This document shows, piece by piece, positions 18,853-30,868 of a stretch of 64,000 nt of DNA. A program made the translations under genes and the position numbers. The DNA lies in contig CAWKFG010000001.1 in assembly GCA_963848965.1 (NCBI GenBank), forward strand, positions 192,001-256,000. The letters run 5' to 3'. Origin of the DNA: an uncultured bacterium. Its GTDB lineage: Bacteria; Babelota; Babeliae; Babelales; Babelaceae. Numbering within the stretch: the stretch's first letter is position 1; each line of letters opens with the position of its first letter. The notes beneath the pieces were generated by a model. That model was not told the origin of the DNA, searched no databases, and saw only the letters and a list, made by a program, of their open reading frames with translations.

Positions 18853-20434
18853 TTATCTAAGTATTTTGCTCATACACTCTAGTATGAGCTTTTGTGTTTC
18901 TTGCTTAAAAGCAAGACCGACTAGTGTTATATGTTTTTTTGTAAGAAGATATCGCTCATAGTATTTTTGTTCTTCTATTTGACGTAATGCAGTTTGAGCA
19001 TTAACGTTAAATTTAAGCTCAAAGATATAAACATGTGTCTTTGTGATGAGAACTAGATCTATTCTGCCTTTGTCTGTACTAACTTCTGATTGGATATCTA
19101 GGCCGAGAAGTTTGCCAATGATCTGAAAAAGTGAATGATAACAACGCTCTTGAGCGATGTGTAACTGATAGGGAATGTGTGCTAAGAGACTTTGCAAAAG
19201 TTCACAAAAGAGAGAAATATCATTTTCTTTAAGGGCGTATACTAATTGTGAGGTTGCTTTTTCTACGGTAGTAACGTTTGTATTTGATAAAGCAGCTAAG
19301 AGGTACTTTTTGAAAAGATTCGTGTACTTCTTTATTGGGGTAGCCTAACTTATACTTAGATGTAACTGAATCATAATTAATTATAGTAAGGTACCCTGTT
19401 TGAAAGAGTAATGTAATAGGTGGTATATCTTCAAGATCAACGGTTCCTAAGCCTGTCGTAGTAAATTCTGCATATTCAAGGCCTTCAAGTGAGGTATAGT
19501 GTTTTTTTAGAAATTGTATAAGAAAAAATGGTGTTCCTGACTCAAACCAATAATTTTTAAGCTCTTTTTTATCAAGATAGTAGAGAATTGAATAAGGATT
19601 ATATACTTTTGCTTCATGGCTTGAAAATCGGTAGCCATGATACCAGATTTTCATAATTTCTCGTATATTTTCTGATGTAGTACTATGAACTTCTGCTATT
19701 TCAGCAATATTATTAGAAAAATATGTCTCAAGTTCTTCTTGAGTATATCCTAAAAGTGATGCAGCAATTGGATCAAGTGTGAGATCATCAAGATTGTTAA
19801 GACCAGAAAAAATTGAGGTTTTTGAGAATTTGCTTACTCCTGTTATAAAAATAGCACGTAGATGTGGATCAAGTCCTTTTAAAACACCGTAAAAACTTTT
19901 TAGGATTTCACGCATTTTCTTTGCTACTTCAATATCATGGAGATGGCTCAAGAGCGGATAATCATATTCGTCAATAAGAATGGCTACTTTATTGCGTTCA
20001 GAAAGTTTTCTAATAAGTGAAGTAAACATATCTTCTAGGATTGTAGCTTCAAGAGTGATGGTATAGTTTTGAGCGATAGTTTCTAATGTATATCGTAAGC
20101 TTGCTTCAAGATGTTCTGGTGTACGATGTGCTATAGTTGAAAAATCAAGATGAATTACGGGGTGCTCTGCCCAATCATGATTTGAAGTATAAAGCCAAAG
20201 TCCTTTGAAGAGCTCTTTGTTACCTGAAAAAAATTCTTTTAATGTTGAGATAAGCAGCGTTTTGCCAAATCGTCGGGGCCTAGAAAGAAAATAGTACCGC
20301 TTTCCTTTGCTAAATAGCTTATAAATAAAGTGCGTTTTATCTACATAGAGATAATTACCTTGGACCATTGTGTGAAAATCACTAACATCGGTAGGTAAAT
20401 ACTTTACAGATTTTGTATTGTTTGGCATATTCAC
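18853..20434 (-). pseudogene. AAA-ATPase-like / PD-(D/E)XK nuclease protein with a +1 frameshift at about 19313-19316
   Basis: SRPRRFGKT, LIDEYD, GRIDLV..IFELK. Removing one base restores ESFKKYLLAALS, colinear with ESLKKHIVAALS in paralog 59743..61296. Confidence 0.85.
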
Positions 20435-20694
20435 TTACATTATTGAGAAGGTGCTTTTACTGTGAACCTATAGTATTTCCATTTTATACCACAAAAACAA
20501 AATAAACGCACGAGCAAAGTAAATGGGTTACTTTGTAAAATAGATTGAGCTTTTTTATCAAGCTTAAACAAGCAATGGATGAGTAAGGCAGTCTTAACGT
20601 GAACTTAAGAAGCTATTAGAAGAGCGAAAGAATTGATGTTATAGTATACTATGCAGAATATCAAGGTTGTGTTTGTCCTTAATGAGAAAATAAT

Positions 20695-23304
20695 ATGAGA
20701 ACAAAAGTTTTAATAGTGTTTATAAGTATCTTCTGTTGTACTCCTCTTTTAACATATGGCATGAAAAGAAAAAGAGGAAAAAGTGAGCAGGTAAAGCATA
20801 GGTCTAAAAAAAGAAAAGCTTCTTCTCAAGAGTTATTGCTTATTGAGGCTGCTACTAAGGGTGATTTAGCTACGGTAAATAAACTACTTGCTTTAAATAG
20901 CGAACACACGTCTTCAATTGATATAAATGCTAAGGATAGCGACGGTTTTACTGCTTTGATGAAAGCTGCACGGCATAGTCGTATAGAAGTGGTAAAGGTT
21001 CTATTAGCAGCAAAAGCTAGTGTTAATAAGAAGAACGCAAAAGGTTCATCAGCATTACTCTATGCGGCTATAAGTAACAATCCTACTATAATAGACCTTC
21101 TTATTGAAGCAGGTGCTCACATTAACTATAAAAATAAAGACGAATGGACGCCTTTAATATATGCAGTTTATTATAACAACAAGGAGGCAGTTGAAAAACT
21201 ATTAAAAGCTAAAGCTTCCATTGACCTGACAGATTCAACTGAGATGACTGCTTTTATGTGGGCAGCAAAAAGAGGTCATAAGGAGCTTTTATATAAGTTG
21301 GTCAATGACCGTGATGATGTCAATAAAAAAGACCGTAATGGCGATACGGCCTTGCATCATGTAGCTCGTGCGGGCTTAGCGCATATGATTTCAGAACTTT
21401 TAAGCTGTGGCGCAGACATTGAAGCTAAAAATAATACTGGTGATACTCCGTTAATGGCTGCAGTAAAGGTAAACAAGCAGGAAGTTGTTCGTGAATTACT
21501 TGAAGAAGATGCAGATTTTGATGCTGTAGATAATAAGGGACATTCACTTTTATTTGTTGCTGCTCAATATGGGTTTACGACCATTGCGCAAGAGTTGCTA
21601 GAAATTGGAGCTGTAATCGATACAAAGGACTGTGAGGGTCATACACCTTTAATCATTGCTTCTTCTTGTGGACAAAAAGATATAGTTAAACTATTGCTAG
21701 ATGTTAGTGCTCAAAAAAATTTAACAGATAGTTCTAAAGCTACTGCAGCATACTGGGCTGCTTATCAGGGCCATAGTGAAATTGTCGCTCTTCTTGAGGT
21801 AAAGGATAATAATCCTAACATATTACTTGCTGCTGCAACGAATAATCATAAAGATTTGGTAAACAAGCTTTTAGAAAGAGGAACTGATATTAATGTGCAG
21901 GATGCAAAAGGCGATACTGCACTTATAGCTGCTTCAACAAAAGGAAATAGAGAATTTGTTCATGAATTAATAAGCAAAGGTGCCTCAATTGATATACAAA
22001 ATAAGAAAGGATCGACTGCTCTTTTTTGTTCTATTATGAATGGACATAAAGATACTGTTCAACTTCTATTACAGCATGGTGCGACTGTTAATATGCAGGA
22101 CCGAGAAAAAGCTACTCCTTTAATATATGCAGTTTATTATGGTAATGAGGAAATAACACAGATGCTTCTTCAAGCAGGTGCTGATATTGCAGTAAGGGAT
22201 ATTTATAATCGTTCAGCACTTTCTTATGCTATAGAAGAACAACATTCTAAAGTAGCTCAATTGTTTTTAGCCAAAGAACATGCTATTGCAGGGGATGCTG
22301 AACTGAGCACCTTGCTGTCAACTGCAGCGGTAATGGGTAACCAAGAACTTGTAATGATGCTTTTAGAAAAGGGCTTGCCAATACATGCGGTAAGTGAAGG
22401 TGGATCAACACTGTTAATGAAAGCAGTAAAAGGAAAGAACAGTGCTATTGTGGAAAAATTTCTCTCTTTAGGAGTACCTGTAAATACAAGAGACCAGAGA
22501 GGTAATACAGCCTTGGTATATGCTGCTATAAGCGGATCACCAGAAGTTTTTAGTCTTATTGCTAGTCGGGATGCTGATGCGAGCTCGCGACAAGGAGCTC
22601 TTACGAAAATTATAGAAAGTGGAAACTTCCAATTGCTCAGTAGGTATCTTCAAGTGTATCAATGTACAGATCTTGCTGCACGTTCTTTAGTACCAATTTT
22701 TGTTATAATGGATAAGCTTTCTTTTGAGGAGCTGACTGCTCCTAATAAAGAAGAACGACTTTTTAAGAAGAGGGAAAAAGAACATTATAATGAGCTTGTT
22801 TTACTCTGTAAGCTTGCTTTGCTTCCTCTCATAAGTGCTTATGCTCATGCACCAGAAAAAGTCGTTACAGAAGTACAAGATGGTATTTTTACGCGAGATG
22901 AATTTCATCAAACTTCACTTATACGAGCTAGTATATTTGGACATTTTTCTATAGTAGAGCAGTTACTTGCATGTAACTTACCATCAGACTATGTTAATGC
23001 TCAAGATAAGTTAGGGCGTACTGCATTGATGTACGCAGTACTTTATGGGTATGGAGACATTGTTCGGCTTCTGCTTCCTTATTGCAAAAAAGGTATTAAT
23101 CTTACTGATAACCAAGGAAATAGTGCTTTGTATTATGCTGCATCTCAAGGTAATGATAGAATAATAGAAGAGCTGTGGGATAAAGGAGCACGTCTTTCTA
23201 TTAAGGCTATTAAAGCGGTAGCAGAACAGGGCTCAGCTAAGGTGGCTACAATACTTCTTATTCTTATGAAAACAGGCACTAATCTTTTTGGTGGCAAAAG
23301 GTAA
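20695..23304 (+). CDS. Secreted ankyrin-repeat protein with NLS-like basic patch
   Basis: Signal peptide, then MKRKRGK...RSKKRK, then about 20 ankyrin repeats. Confidence 0.9.
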   Translation: MRTKVLIVFISIFCCTPLLTYGMKRKRGKSEQVKHRSKKRKASSQELLLIEAATKGDLATVNKLLALNSEHTSSIDINAKDSDGFTALMKAARHSRIEVVKVLLAAKASVNKKNAKGSSALLYAAISNNPTIIDLLIEAGAHINYKNKDEWTPLIYAVYYNNKEAVEKLLKAKASIDLTDSTEMTAFMWAAKRGHKELLYKLVNDRDDVNKKDRNGDTALHHVARAGLAHMISELLSCGADIEAKNNTGDTPLMAAVKVNKQEVVRELLEEDADFDAVDNKGHSLLFVAAQYGFTTIAQELLEIGAVIDTKDCEGHTPLIIASSCGQKDIVKLLLDVSAQKNLTDSSKATAAYWAAYQGHSEIVALLEVKDNNPNILLAAATNNHKDLVNKLLERGTDINVQDAKGDTALIAASTKGNREFVHELISKGASIDIQNKKGSTALFCSIMNGHKDTVQLLLQHGATVNMQDREKATPLIYAVYYGNEEITQMLLQAGADIAVRDIYNRSALSYAIEEQHSKVAQLFLAKEHAIAGDAELSTLLSTAAVMGNQELVMMLLEKGLPIHAVSEGGSTLLMKAVKGKNSAIVEKFLSLGVPVNTRDQRGNTALVYAAISGSPEVFSLIASRDADASSRQGALTKIIESGNFQLLSRYLQVYQCTDLAARSLVPIFVIMDKLSFEELTAPNKEERLFKKREKEHYNELVLLCKLALLPLISAYAHAPEKVVTEVQDGIFTRDEFHQTSLIRASIFGHFSIVEQLLACNLPSDYVNAQDKLGRTALMYAVLYGYGDIVRLLLPYCKKGINLTDNQGNSALYYAASQGNDRIIEELWDKGARLSIKAIKAVAEQGSAKVATILLILMKTGTNLFGGKR

Positions 23305-23396
23305 TCTGTCTATGCAGCAGCTTTCATTTGGAAGGTTTTTCTAAAGATGCTATGCTTTATCATAGCAAAAGGTGTAGTATAAGTGAGTGGCTTTTT

Positions 23397-24520
23397 ATGT
23401 TAAATAAACACAAGGTTCTTCAAGAACTACAGACGATAGTTCCACAGCTTTTCTTTGCTACTGGCCAAGAAAGGGAGATCGCATATAAAATATGGCGCTG
23501 GTTACTTGACCATCCAGAGCAAGCAGAGCCACTTACAGTGTTCTGTGTCTCCCTGGCAGGTTCCTCAATGGTTAGAACAGTTGAGTACTGCAGACATCTA
23601 TTAAAACAGGAAGACATGGCTACAGTGTTACTGCAGTTGATGGCTCACAAATATACCCCGATAGGCATCAAGGAATTGGCTGTTATCTTCTTAATATTGG
23701 CAGAGTAACGCTTACTTATGATGGCCATCTTTCTGGTATGCATACAGATTCGATTCCTTCTGTCTATGCTTTGCAGGAAAATGGTTCGTGGAATGACCTT
23801 TCTCCAGAGAAAATTAATTGTCAAAGAAGTGAGCTTGAGTTGCAAGTAGGGCTTAAGGTAAGTACAGAAGTTACTCAAAAGCGACCATTTCCACATCTTT
23901 TTTTGTGTGATGGTTCTTTAATTTTTTGGCATCTTGATTCGCAAGACGATGTTACTAAAGAGCGCTTTTTGCAAAGCTCTTTATCCCTTTTAGATGATTT
24001 TTATAAAAAGCGGCTCCTTATTGCAGGCTTTATAAGCTTGCCTAAAAGTAAAGAGCTTGTGAACATTGTGCGTATGGCAGTAGATAAGAATATAGTCTCT
24101 TTTGACACTAAGCCCACGTTTGAACATATTGTTGATAGTGATGTTATTTTCCCTTTCTTGCCTACGTATACTCGATCGGCACTCTTTGCTCATTGTTCAT
24201 CTATTACACAGCGCTATCCAGAGCATCTGCGTCCCCATTTTATATATGTAAATATAAACCAAGAGGTTGTACGCATTGAAGTTCCAGCGTGGATTGCGCA
24301 TGACCAAGAAGCTCTTACAACAACGCTTGAAATAGCTCTTGATCAATGTATAAAAGGGCATGGCTATCCTGTAGCGCTGTCAGAAGCCCATGAACAGGCT
24401 GTAGTTAAAAATATTGATAGAGAATTCTTTTTTCAGATGCTCTATAAATTAAGCTCAGATCATAAATATCCCATAAAACCTTCACAAAAAAGCCTTAAAA
24501 AGAAGTTTGTTAGCATTTAA
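23397..24520 (+). pseudogene. nurA: NurA-family nuclease, frameshifted near 23525-23615
   Basis: The frame of ORF 23738 extends upstream to include AVDGSQIYPDRH. It also has LCDGSL and GYPVALSEAHEQAVV. The N-terminus MLNKHKV is in another frame. Confidence 0.75.
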
Positions 24521-24686
24521 ATGCTAGAAAAACTCTTTTTTTACAAGAGCTCATTCACTGTTTTTGCCAAAGTTCTAACTATATTGCAGAGATCATAGCT
24601 TTTTTCTATGCATTTTTGACAAATATAAAATAAAATATATAATTTATAACATAATAAATAATAATATATAGGATATTTTGATTGAT

Positions 24687-25961
24687 ATGTATAGAATTAT
24701 TGTAACTATGCTCTTATTAGCGTGTAGTAGCCTGTCTTTAACCATGAAGCGGGATAACAGCTGTGAAGGTGGAACGGCTCTGAAATTGAGAAAATCAGAA
24801 ACTGGTGAGCGCATTGCAGGTATTTCAACTACTACTCAAGACGGGCTCTATAGAGCATTAGAATTAGTAGTGCTCAATAATCAAGTAAACTCTTTAAAAA
24901 AGCTTCTTGAACGTGAAGTTGAGCAGAAAATTCTTAATAAATGTCTTGTTTTTGCCTGTCAAAGAGGTTTTAATGATATAGTATCAGTACTACTAGCTGC
25001 AGGAGCAGACCCAAACACATGTACTGAAAAAACAAGAATTCCTGTACTTCTGTTGGCTGCACAAGGTGGCCATACGCAGGTAGTATCATTACTTCTTGGC
25101 GCAGGTGCAGATAAGGATGCGACTAATGAGTATGAAGATACTGCGCTGCTAGTTGCAACAGAAAGCGGTTATAGTGACCTTGTTGCTCTTTTGATTGAAG
25201 CAAAAGCTTGCGTTGATAAGCAAAATTCACTCTATGATACTGCTCTTATGGTAGCTACAGCATGTGGTTACAAAGATATTGTTAAAATGCTCATTAGAGC
25301 AGGAGCTAATTGTGATCTCCGTAACTTCTGTGGGGAAACGGCTCTTACGCTTGCTGCAATAAATGAGCGTACAGAAATAGCAGCGTTGCTTGTTGGTGCA
25401 GGTGCAGATACTACAAGTGCTGATAATCAAGGAAAAATAGCATTACAGCATGCACGGGATAATGGTTGCAAAGATGTTATCCATCTTCTTACTTTGTGTA
25501 GAGATCTTGAAATGCAAGCGTATATAAGGAATCCTCAAGCATACTTCTCTTCTTCAAGTGTACATTATACTATACTTTTGTGGGCTAGCATGTGTGGACA
25601 CACTTTTATAATTGCACAACTCCTTGAGCTGCCTCATATAAAAGAGGTAGTAAGTGGGCAAGATGAACGTGGTTATACACCGCTTATGTATGCTCTTCTT
25701 TATGGGCACTATGATAGTGCATTGCTTCTTATCAAAGCAAGCTCTCAAGAAGGTATAAACCTTTGTAATAAGCAAGGTAAAAATGCGCTCTTTTATGCTA
25801 CAATAAAAGGGAATTTGAGGCTTGTTGGTGCACTTTTAGAAGCAGGAGCAGAAGCTTCCTATAATGAGGTCAAGCTTGCAGCCCATCAAAAATACTTACA
25901 AGTTATGGGACGTCTTCTTTTTGTAGTACATGAGGCTCAATTACCGGCACTTTTTAAGTAG
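24687..25961 (+). CDS. Secreted ankyrin-repeat protein
   Basis: Signal peptide, ankyrin repeats, and a YIRNPQAY block shared with 28490 and 31224. Confidence 0.85.
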   Translation: MYRIIVTMLLLACSSLSLTMKRDNSCEGGTALKLRKSETGERIAGISTTTQDGLYRALELVVLNNQVNSLKKLLEREVEQKILNKCLVFACQRGFNDIVSVLLAAGADPNTCTEKTRIPVLLLAAQGGHTQVVSLLLGAGADKDATNEYEDTALLVATESGYSDLVALLIEAKACVDKQNSLYDTALMVATACGYKDIVKMLIRAGANCDLRNFCGETALTLAAINERTEIAALLVGAGADTTSADNQGKIALQHARDNGCKDVIHLLTLCRDLEMQAYIRNPQAYFSSSSVHYTILLWASMCGHTFIIAQLLELPHIKEVVSGQDERGYTPLMYALLYGHYDSALLLIKASSQEGINLCNKQGKNALFYATIKGNLRLVGALLEAGAEASYNEVKLAAHQKYLQVMGRLLFVVHEAQLPALFK

Positions 25962-27027
25962 CATCTTCTTTTGGTTGTGGTACATATACAATACTATGCT
26001 TTTCTGGATGAGGAGAGATGCATGTCTCTAGAATAAGCTTTTGGCCATTACAGAGGTCTATTTCTAAAGGAATACTACAAGAAAGTTCTAGAAGGCGATT
26101 ATTAGTCAATATGAGTTTTTGTAAACATGTAAGTGTTGCAGTTACTTGAGGAATTTCTTCAAGCTTATTATAACTTAAGTCAAAGGCAGTAAGAGAGCTT
26201 GCAGGTAGAGCATTGAGCCCTAAAAAGCCAAATTCTTTTCGCGCTACATTATTATGTGATACGTCAAGGAGTCTCAGTGTGGTTATTGCGCTTAAACTTC
26301 TAGGTAGCATATCAAGTCTATTCTTTTTTAGGTATAAATCAGTGAGCTTTGTCAGGTTTCCTATCTCATCTGGTAAAGAAGTAAGCTTATTTTTCTTGAG
26401 GGCTAGTTTAAGTACATTAACGAGATATCCAAATTCGGATGGTAGCTTTTTAAGCTTATTGTTACTTATATCTAGAATGGTTAATGATGTCATATGGCTT
26501 ATTTGTAAAGGAAGTTTGTTTATACTGTTCTTGAAGATATAAAGTCCTTTTAGAGAAGGAAGGGTTATGTGAGGAGGAAATCTACTAAGTTGATTCTTTT
26601 CAATAGAAAGAGATGTGAAAGTAGTAGTTAAAGGAAGATGTCCTAGATCGCAATAAGGATTATCAGCTCCTAACTCATTGTTGCTCAAATTTAATGAAGC
26701 TAAGTATCTTAAACAAGTGATATTACTAGGAAATCGAGTAAGATGATTATGTCCTAAATTGATTATAAGAGGATTAAGGTCTTGTAGTTTGGTTACTTGT
26801 GAAAATCGAGTATCTGAATAAGTAAGTGAGTACAGATTGACGAGTGCATCATCACGTAAATTTTGACTCATAAGGTTAAGAGTATATTCTCCTGTTTTCT
26901 CATTATAGGCAATAAGATCCCTTTCATTCTCCGAGCCCGATGAAAATTCGTCTTCTTGTACGCGCTGTTTTTCCATACCAAGAGTAGGAGCCGATAGTAA
27001 AAGAAAAATAAAGAGTACTAGTATCAT
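25954..27027 (-). CDS. Secreted leucine-rich-repeat protein
   Basis: Signal peptide and LxxLxLxxNxLxxLP repeats. Confidence 0.9.
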   Translation of the reverse strand: MILVLFIFLLLSAPTLGMEKQRVQEDEFSSGSENERDLIAYNEKTGEYTLNLMSQNLRDDALVNLYSLTYSDTRFSQVTKLQDLNPLIINLGHNHLTRFPSNITCLRYLASLNLSNNELGADNPYCDLGHLPLTTTFTSLSIEKNQLSRFPPHITLPSLKGLYIFKNSINKLPLQISHMTSLTILDISNNKLKKLPSEFGYLVNVLKLALKKNKLTSLPDEIGNLTKLTDLYLKKNRLDMLPRSLSAITTLRLLDVSHNNVARKEFGFLGLNALPASSLTAFDLSYNKLEEIPQVTATLTCLQKLILTNNRLLELSCSIPLEIDLCNGQKLILETCISPHPEKHSIVYVPQPKEDAT

Positions 27028-27084
27028 AAATATCCTCTAGAGAGCGCAAAACTAGGCCTCTACGTGTATGCTTTTTGCTAACAC

Positions 27085-28215
27085 TTACCCTAGAAACTTT
27101 TTAAAGAAACTTTTTTTATCCTCTGGGTTACCAGTATCTGTACCAGTGAGGTGAGCATACTCTTTAAGTACTTGTTCAGCTTCGGCAGAAGTCTTTTTAG
27201 GAATAATACACTTTGTTATAACTATTAAATTTCCTCGACCTTTGCCTCGTACGCGGTGGAACCCTTTGCCTGTGACAGTAATTCGAGCATCTATTTGAGT
27301 ACCTTTAGGGATTTTTACTGCTTCTTGAGTACCATCAATGTTCTCTATCTCAATCTGAGCACCTAAAACAAGTTGTGGATAAGAAAGTTGAACAGTATAT
27401 TCAAGATCATCGTCTACTCGCTTAAAGACAGAGTGTGGCATAACATGTACTCGTAAATAAAGATCTCCAGCAGGTCCTCCAAAGATACCGGCATCACCTT
27501 TACCTGCAACACGAAGTTCAGCACCATCATAAATACCTTTTGGTATAGTAATACTTACAGTATCATATTGCTGTATGCGAGATTGCCCTTTGCATGTAGG
27601 GCATGGGTTAGTAATAATATACCCTTCACCATGGCAATGAGGACATGTTTGGCTGTACATGAAGATACCATGACGATAACCAATTTGACCTGCACCTTGG
27701 CATTCTGGACATTGCTGTACAGTTGCTCCTTTAGCCATACCTTTGCCATTACAGGTTTCACATGAAACAAAATGATAGATACGGACCTCTTTTGTCGTTC
27801 CGGTAAATGCTTCTTCTAAAGAGAGTGAGACATCTTTGACAATATCATGGCCACGTTTAGGAGTCGGTTCTGCTTTGCGTGAACGTCGCTTTTGTGCTTG
27901 TCCGCCACCAAAAATCTCACCAAATATATCTTCAAAGTTAGTAAAGATATCATCCATACTCATGCCTTGACCAAAGCCGCCCATGCTAGGGCCTGCATGA
28001 CCAAATTGATCATATTGCTTTCTTTTTTCTGCATTTGAAAGCACTTCATATGCTTCAGCAGCTTCTTTAAACTTGTCTTCAGCTTCTTTATTATCAGGAT
28101 TTCTATCAGGATGGTACTTCATTGCTAGTTTTCTATAGGCTGCCTTAATCTCATCTTGAGTAGCAGTCTTAGAAACGCCTAGCACTTCGTAGTAATCTCG
28201 TTTATTATTGTTCAT
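27085..28215 (-). CDS. dnaJ: Chaperone DnaJ
   Basis: J-domain with HPD, G/F-rich region, four CxxCxGxG-type repeats. Confidence 0.97.
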   Translation of the reverse strand: MNNNKRDYYEVLGVSKTATQDEIKAAYRKLAMKYHPDRNPDNKEAEDKFKEAAEAYEVLSNAEKRKQYDQFGHAGPSMGGFGQGMSMDDIFTNFEDIFGEIFGGGQAQKRRSRKAEPTPKRGHDIVKDVSLSLEEAFTGTTKEVRIYHFVSCETCNGKGMAKGATVQQCPECQGAGQIGYRHGIFMYSQTCPHCHGEGYIITNPCPTCKGQSRIQQYDTVSITIPKGIYDGAELRVAGKGDAGIFGGPAGDLYLRVHVMPHSVFKRVDDDLEYTVQLSYPQLVLGAQIEIENIDGTQEAVKIPKGTQIDARITVTGKGFHRVRGKGRGNLIVITKCIIPKKTSAEAEQVLKEYAHLTGTDTGNPEDKKSFFKKFLG

Positions 28216-28489
28216 ATGTGTTATGTGCAAAGATATGTTAATATTGTGTTTACCTTAAAGTATACCATATTTTAAAAAAAAGGCTATTGTAGCATTTCTC
28301 TTGCCAAAGCACTTTGATTATCTGTTTTTTACCTGTAGTGCACCCTCAATAAAAGATTTGCGTGTTTAGAAAAATGAGTGTATACGATCTAATTCCAATA
28401 AATATTTCTAGTTGAGTATTATAGATATCCTGCTATACTCATTAGATGATAGGCTATTGGATAGTCAATGTTATTATTGAGGTTAAGTA

Positions 28490-30868
28490 ATGAAAAAATA
28501 TGTAGTGCTTATTATGGCTCTCTTGTGTACAGGTCTTACTGAGGCTATGAAACGGCAGGAATATAAAGAAACTCAGGTTAAAAAGACCTCAAATAAGAAG
28601 ATGAAAAGTGAGCATACGTTATCTGAAACTGACGTAGCGCTTATGGTAGCTGCAGGTAAAGGAGATTTAGCTCAAGTTACTACGCTTCTTGCAGCAGGAG
28701 CTTATGTTAATGCTCGTGATATAGGTGGCGCTACTCCGTTACTGCATGCTGTTATCAGTAAAAATAGTGACGTTATAACGCAATCTACTATTATAAAGGC
28801 TCTTTTGAATGCTGGAGCAGATCCATCAATTAAAGATTTTTATGGCCATACGGCTCTTGAATTGGCAGCGCTTAGTAGACAATATCTGTTTGCCTTGGAG
28901 CTCCTGAGATTCCATGCTCCTGGTGGAGATGATTTTTTTCAAGTAGAAGGAAAAGATGGTTTTATAGCCGACGGGGTGTTTTGTCAAGCCCTTATCCTTA
29001 TGGCTAAGGATTTTCCTTTCTCAGCTCTTAAGAAACATATTGAAGAAGCTGTTCAGGTATTTAAACGTGATTCACAAGGAAATAAGAGACTAGCTAATTA
29101 TCTAGCGCTTGCTTTTACGCAAGTGACTAAAGATGCTTTTTTCTATCTCATTAAGATGGGAGCTCAAATTCCAGCTGAGTGGTTGTTACAGCAATCTACT
29201 AAAGAGAAGTTAACAAATTTCTTTTTAAGTGCAGCTTGTGACGGTAAGGTAAAAGTGTTAGAAAGTTGTGTTAAGGCTGGTATTCCCATTAACTATGTAC
29301 ACCTAGATACAGGATATACAGCGCTTATGTTTGCAGCAGAAAATGGTCATGCTGAAGCCGTTAAAGCTCTTATTAAGCTAGGAGCAGATATTACGTTACA
29401 TAATAATAAAGACCATGACGTGCTTTATGAAACAATTGATGCGCTCTTTAGTACTGAAGTTACCGGACGTATAGGTCATCATAAAGAAGTACTTCAGGTA
29501 CTTGTAAAAGCAGGAGCTGTATTTAGATCTTCAGAACGAGAAGGTGTAACTGCTGAACAGAAAAAGCGTAATGATACTATGACTAATGCTATTTTACAGG
29601 GAGATAAAGCTACTATTAAGAGACTTTTAGATGAAGGATTTGCTGATGATGAATCACTTTTAAGTTTTACTGCTTTTGGAGCAGGTTCTGGTCAGTGTGA
29701 ACCATTACTCCTTGCATGCCTTATGGGTAATGCTGACATAGTACAAGAGCTTTTGACTCATAGAGGAAACTTTGATTTTGAAGAAGATCTGTATTCATTT
29801 GATGAGCTCATAGATATTTTAGCAGCAAATGGTAATATAGAGGTAATTGAGCTTCTACTTAACTGGTATAATCAAAACAATGCAGAGAACATAACTATTT
29901 CAGAAGGAGCATTATACTATGCTCTTAGAAATAAGCATATTGAGCTTGTTAAAAAGTTGGCACCAAACTGCGCATGGGGTTCAAGACTGAATATACGAGA
30001 ACTTGCTATTCTTACAAAGCAAAAGAGTATTGTAAGGCAGCTTATTGAAGCAGGAGTGGATGTATGTCAACAATATAACTTCCATTACAGTGTTATAGCT
30101 AAAAATTTAGAAATAGTAGCGCTCCTTACCAAAGATGCTCTTGTTTGCAACTTACTTAACAAATTTTATGATGTAGACGAATTAACAGACACGCTAACAA
30201 ATAGTAAAGTATTCAAAAATGTCTTTTTAGGCGAAGGTTCTTTTGCTCCATTGCAACTTGCTCACCGAGTTCGTTCACCAGAACTTGTACACTTCTTGCA
30301 AGCATGTACTGATGAAAATTTGAAAGGCTATCTTCAAAATCCAGAAGCATATGCTAAAGGTTACCTAGCACAATGCTCTTCTTTACAAACAATAGTACAA
30401 AATAAATATGGCCAAACAGTACTTATGTGGGCATGTATATTTAATCATAAGAGTATAGTACAGCTTTTACTTAATCAGCTTCCTGTATGTTTGCATGCTG
30501 TTGATAGTTATGGAAGAACAGCACTTGTATATGCTATACAGTGTGGAAACACTGAGATAGTCTCTCTCTTGTTAGATGCTTACGAAAGAGAGAATAGTAA
30601 AAAAGCTTATGAAGATAAGCGAGTAAGCAGCATAAACAAGTTTGATAGAGAAGGTAATAATGCTCTTTGTTATGCGGTAATAAAGGGAGATCTTAGCTTC
30701 ATAGTACGCCTCTTAAGTGCCGGTGCTTGTCCTACAGCTCAAGCAATTAAACTTGCTGCAGAGCATGGTCACAAAGAATTAGCACTAAAACTTTTGGCTC
30801 TAATGAGTGAATATGCGCGAATTGCAAATCTTCCTATGAAAGGCCAAGAATTTCCTAAACTTTATTAA
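28490..30868 (+). CDS. Secreted ankyrin-repeat protein (tandem paralog 1)
   Basis: Signal peptide and ankyrin repeats. Colinear with 31224..33596. Confidence 0.9.
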   Translation: MKKYVVLIMALLCTGLTEAMKRQEYKETQVKKTSNKKMKSEHTLSETDVALMVAAGKGDLAQVTTLLAAGAYVNARDIGGATPLLHAVISKNSDVITQSTIIKALLNAGADPSIKDFYGHTALELAALSRQYLFALELLRFHAPGGDDFFQVEGKDGFIADGVFCQALILMAKDFPFSALKKHIEEAVQVFKRDSQGNKRLANYLALAFTQVTKDAFFYLIKMGAQIPAEWLLQQSTKEKLTNFFLSAACDGKVKVLESCVKAGIPINYVHLDTGYTALMFAAENGHAEAVKALIKLGADITLHNNKDHDVLYETIDALFSTEVTGRIGHHKEVLQVLVKAGAVFRSSEREGVTAEQKKRNDTMTNAILQGDKATIKRLLDEGFADDESLLSFTAFGAGSGQCEPLLLACLMGNADIVQELLTHRGNFDFEEDLYSFDELIDILAANGNIEVIELLLNWYNQNNAENITISEGALYYALRNKHIELVKKLAPNCAWGSRLNIRELAILTKQKSIVRQLIEAGVDVCQQYNFHYSVIAKNLEIVALLTKDALVCNLLNKFYDVDELTDTLTNSKVFKNVFLGEGSFAPLQLAHRVRSPELVHFLQACTDENLKGYLQNPEAYAKGYLAQCSSLQTIVQNKYGQTVLMWACIFNHKSIVQLLLNQLPVCLHAVDSYGRTALVYAIQCGNTEIVSLLLDAYERENSKKAYEDKRVSSINKFDREGNNALCYAVIKGDLSFIVRLLSAGACPTAQAIKLAAEHGHKELALKLLALMSEYARIANLPMKGQEFPKLY

